DNA of 62,615 nucleotides, the filler included, from Chiloscyllium plagiosum (lineage: Eukaryota), in assembly GCF_004010195.1 (NCBI RefSeq). It is 4 parts of one record of this genome, joined end to end, with 100 filler letters (N's around TTAATTAATTAA, not from the genome) between each part and the next. Parts side by side here need not be neighbours in the genome. Positions count along the whole stretch, not along the records: positions 55,751 to 62,615 come from NC_057717.1; 3 more parts are not named here. One strand, written 5' to 3'. Shown here one piece after another: positions 58,636 to 62,615 of this stretch (the first letter of the stretch is position 1; every line of letters starts with the position of its first letter). The position numbers were made by a program, and so were the translations under genes. A model generated the notes under the pieces. That model saw only the letters and a list, made by a program, of their open reading frames with translations, searched no databases and was not told the origin of the DNA.

Positions 58636-61600
58636 CAATGACAGCAAGTTGAGATTATACAAACACCCAGTGGGTATCTATCTGATCCACTGTCCTCGAG
58701 GTCTTGTATGTTTCAACAAAAACCTCTCATTCCAAGAGTAACCTGTTAAAGCCTCCATAATATAAACCCTTCATCCATGGAATACATGAAGTGAAACATC
58801 TCTGAACTGCTTCCAATGGAATTATGGTAAAGAGACAAAAATGCCTCACACCCCGATGAGATTTGTTTTTTTTTTTGTTTTCTCGAATTATTTTTGAGTC
58901 TTTGGAACTCTCTTCCACGCAGAGCATTTGAGGCAAAAATATTGAAGGTTCATAAATAGCAACAGAGTCAAAGATTATTGTGAAATGGGCAGGAATGTGC
59001 AGTGTGGAGAAAATGCTGGCAGCGATACAAATGAAATGGCTGCAGAACATCCAGGAATATAATGCAAAACTAAATTATAACATAGATGACATTTTAAAAT
59101 GTTAACAGTGATATCATACAGTTCCAAATGATCATGGGACTGCTCTGTCATGAGAGAGAGAAAACACTCGTGGTGGTTTGCCCTGAGAGTTGCCACATCT
59201 CGGGTGATGGGGTGAGGAATGAGAGAGCGTTCCTTTCATGGTAACCTCTGTCAGTGTGAGGAACTGAACCTGCGCTGTTGGCCTCGTGCTACATCATAAA
59301 CCAGCAGTCCAGCCATCTGAGTGGGAGACAGTATAACTGTTACAGACAGAAACAGTCACAGACAAAGGGCAAGGGAAACTTTCATAACAAGGACAAAAGA
59401 TGCAATTCAGAAAACGGTCAAGATAACGGCTGAGGACAAAAACTTTCTCTGCCAGAAATTGTATTTTATAAGGAGACAAGTGATTTAAAACTGTCTTTGG
59501 CTGAATATAATGAGGTGAGAGAAGTGAAGTAATCAGAGTGACTAATTGCGATTCGATATCAACAACCATGAAATAAGAGCATATTTTTGATGGGTCTGTG
59601 TAAATGTGCTTAACATTACGTAGAAGTACAAAGCTGATGGAATGTATTGTTTGGAGTGTCCATCCCGGGGGAAAGGCCCTCGAACAGGCGCTTGAAGAAA
59701 ACCGGGGTAGAAGTGCCTGAGTGTCGTCTGGTTCGCGACAGGAACCCAGAGGGTTGAATGGCTTAACATTCCTGTAGCACGGAGCTGAGAAAACCATCAC
59801 ATCAGCCGCGATCTTATTAAATGCTAGAGCACGTTTGAAGGGCTGAATAGTCTCATGATGGATTTGAATAATGTGGGATTTGAAAAATGTCTACTCCTCC
59901 GCTTTATGTGTCACATACGGGAACATCGATATTTTTCTGAAAATGGGAATTTTTTCGAACATTATCTGGACATTCTATAAATGGCATGATCCAGAATATT
60001 CTGCCACCTTGTGGGGGTATTGCAAAGATAAGAGAGAGAGAGAGCGAAAGAGAAACAGAGTCAGAGAAAAAGGGAAGTTGCTGCATTCAGTAGTGAGAGT
60101 GGTAGGTGTTGTAACAATGAGTGTGAGGGAACAAGAGAATGCGGTGATCCTTATCCTGACAGAGTGGGCAAGTTTGTTAATGCTTGTCCCTGTATTGCTG
60201 CACATTTCTTCATACTGCAGATACAGCACTGAGCTGGGTTGGTGAATGCAGACCATGTTCCGAGTGGTGTGCCCCACTCTGGGAAGAGAATGGTCCCCGT
60301 CTGTAGTAGCCCATCCATCTGCCCCCAGCCGATAAAACATGGTGCAATTGCCTCTTATCTGCCAAGCAGGGCAGATCCAAACTGAGAAAGCGTAAACATG
60401 TGCCCGTTGGTGTTTAAAGATGGCAGCAGTGCAAGGATCACAGAATATCGAGGGGCATCCATGCGATGGCGAGTACCTCCGGCCATAATGGGTGGGAGAA
60501 TCTGGATGGTATTGAATGATAGGGACACCATGGGGTGGGGTTGGTAGTTAATGAGGTGAGTCCGATAAGATATCACNNNNNNNNNNNNNNNNNNNNNNNN
60601 NNNNNNNNNNNNNNNNNNNNNNNNNNNNNNNNNNNNNNNNNNNNNNNNNNNNNNNNNNNNNNNNNNNNNNNNNNNNTTTGCTTATTGGTACTTAAACTCG
60701 TCTACCCCACCCCCACCCCCCAACCATCTCTCTGTGTCACTGATGTTTATACCCACAGCACCGTTTGTCATGGCACAATGGAGATATGGAGGTGGAAATG
60801 GATGGGAGCTGCACATCTTGTCACTTCCAGCATGGGCTGCAAGTTTCCCCACGCTGGGTATTGATCTAACACAATGTTATGGAGCAATGCACTGGGGTGG
60901 TGTACACAGCACTACATGCTGGGAGGGTAACTGCTCCTAGTTTACAGATCAATTCACTGCTCTCCACTGTACAGCTCTCATACTGAACAGGTACCTTGTC
61001 CACGTTTGTAGAGCAAGACACAGGTGTGGGCTGCATACTGCATGTCCATGCTGGACAGACCATTTCGTCCGAGTTTCTGAATCAATGCCCCGGTGTGGTC
61101 TGTACTGCTCCTCAAGTTGGAGGGATAGATTGGTGAGATTTGCACAGTATTCCATCCTGAACAGATTGCTGGTTTGTACTGAGCCTGATCTGTACAATAT
61201 TCCATCCTGGACAGATTGCTGATTTGTACTGAGCCTGGTCAGCACAGTGTTCCATGCTAGCAGATATCTTATCTGGGCTTATACGTGTCTGGGCTGGGTC
61301 TGTGAGGTGGATTGAGTGTCCGGTCTAATTCCTGATAGAGCTATCACTCCTCCAGCACGGCGCATTCTGCTGTCAAACCCCATATTTTTGCAACATGTTG
61401 CCCATGAAGTAATTACCCAAGTAAAGCGTAAATATCTGTCCCACTTGTTATGGACCCGAGCAGATCCCCTAAAAATACATGGAAAAGGTAGTCGCGACCC
61501 GAACATTTTCTTATTTTAAAGGTAAATGCGAGGTGCTGTGTTTCAGATACAATTCGCTTGGTAGAAATATTCAGCAAAACACAATCTATTCAAACACTGT

Positions 61601-62249
61601 CGATGAAATACAGCAAGAAGAGAAACTTGGAATAATTATTGGAAAACTTACCAGAATAACAGTTTATTTAACTGCTAAACAGTTACTGTTCCAATAATAC
61701 TTGGTCTGGGTGGGATGTTGACTGTTCCAATATGGTAACATCCCATAAACACACACTTGTTAAAAGCACATTCAGGAAACAGATTGTCTGACAAGCAGTT
61801 CGCCAATCCAGGAGGAAAGCACATTAAAATACAATTCTGAGACAAATCTTAGAGAGAATGTATAACATCCTTCCAACCCTGCTGAAACACGAGCAATAAC
61901 TGGCGAAAGGTAAAACTAAGAATGCTGGTTCTGGGAGAGCTTCACCATCACTCCACAGGACTAGACCGTGGCTGCAAGGACCACAAGGAATGGACTGTAT
62001 CTACACTATCTATGGCACTGTAGGAGCCTCTCAACAATGCCTAATCCCACCTAAGCCATTAAGTCATGGCCAGATAAATGTCAAAGTCAAACACAAATAA
62101 AACAAAAGGATGCAGCAGGCCTCGCGATCAGACACAGATGTCTTCGGGAGCCCAGCAATTCCAATTCTGCCAAAACACAGGAGAAACATCGAGCTTGTGA
62201 AGAGAAAGCATCAGCTCTCTGCATCACTTCTAAATTTACAATTGGAGAT

Positions 62250-62615
62250 GTACCATTCACCCAATAGTCAGCGATGTCAACATCCCACCCAGACCAAGTA
62301 TTATTGTGGCATATGAGGGTTGTAATGAAAGGAGGTTAATTGGAGCTGTATGTTCAGTGCCTGTGATTGATGTCAGTCTCCATGGACCCTAATTGCATCA
62401 CTGGAAGGTTTCCTCTTCTCTTAATGCGGGGCGTCCTTCAACCTGTTACCCCATAGTATCAGCAACAGCGTCATCCTTAAGATGATTTGTATCTGCAGAA
62501 CAGAGAGAGGGAGAGAAAGAGAATCTTCCAACAATAGACTGGAATGCTCCAACAATAGATCAGAATCTGAGAACATTAGACTGGAATGTTCCAACAATGT
62601 ATCATAATTTGAGAG
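62250..62615 (+). other. Promoter and start of exon 1 of a second GPR139-like paralog (cut by the window end)
   Basis: Homologous to 9090-9570; shares GAGAACATTAGACTGGAATGTTCCAACAATG exactly; frame reads NLPTIDWNAPTIDQNLRTLDWNVPTMYHNLR with an in-frame ATG at 62597. Confidence 0.62.

Noticed and set aside
59871..61520. Cluster of 70-125-aa ORFs
   Set aside because: No recognisable domains; probably decayed retroelement sequence that I could not assign to a family.

Overview
Repeat-dense vertebrate genomic DNA, most likely from a shark (inferred from HE1-type V-SINEs, abundant CR1 LINEs and shark-type Penelope elements). No intact cellular gene is visible. The window holds: many decayed CR1 fragments; an L1; a Tx1-like 3' end; an integrase-before-RT (Gmr1-type) Gypsy element; several Penelope insertions carrying hammerhead-ribozyme motifs; and two different decayed class I (epsilon-like) endogenous retroviruses. 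One ERV is on the minus strand with a tRNA-His PBS and env; the other is on the plus strand with two LTRs and a tRNA-Pro PBS. The only host-gene sequences recognised are two paralogous first exons/promoters of a GPR139-like GPCR (about 9.1-9.7 kb, and the last about 370 bp). Other structure: a 42-bp CR1-tail minisatellite, a 6-kb C-rich satellite, a 1.5-kb tandem duplication, a 2-kb inverted duplication and a 220-bp hairpin. The most interesting signal is a probable 2H-phosphoesterase domain between protease and RT in the tRNA-Pro ERV. Three artificial N44-TTAATTAATTAA-N44 linkers mean contiguity across them is not established. All calls were made by eye, and repeat boundaries are approximate unless TSDs or termini are quoted.
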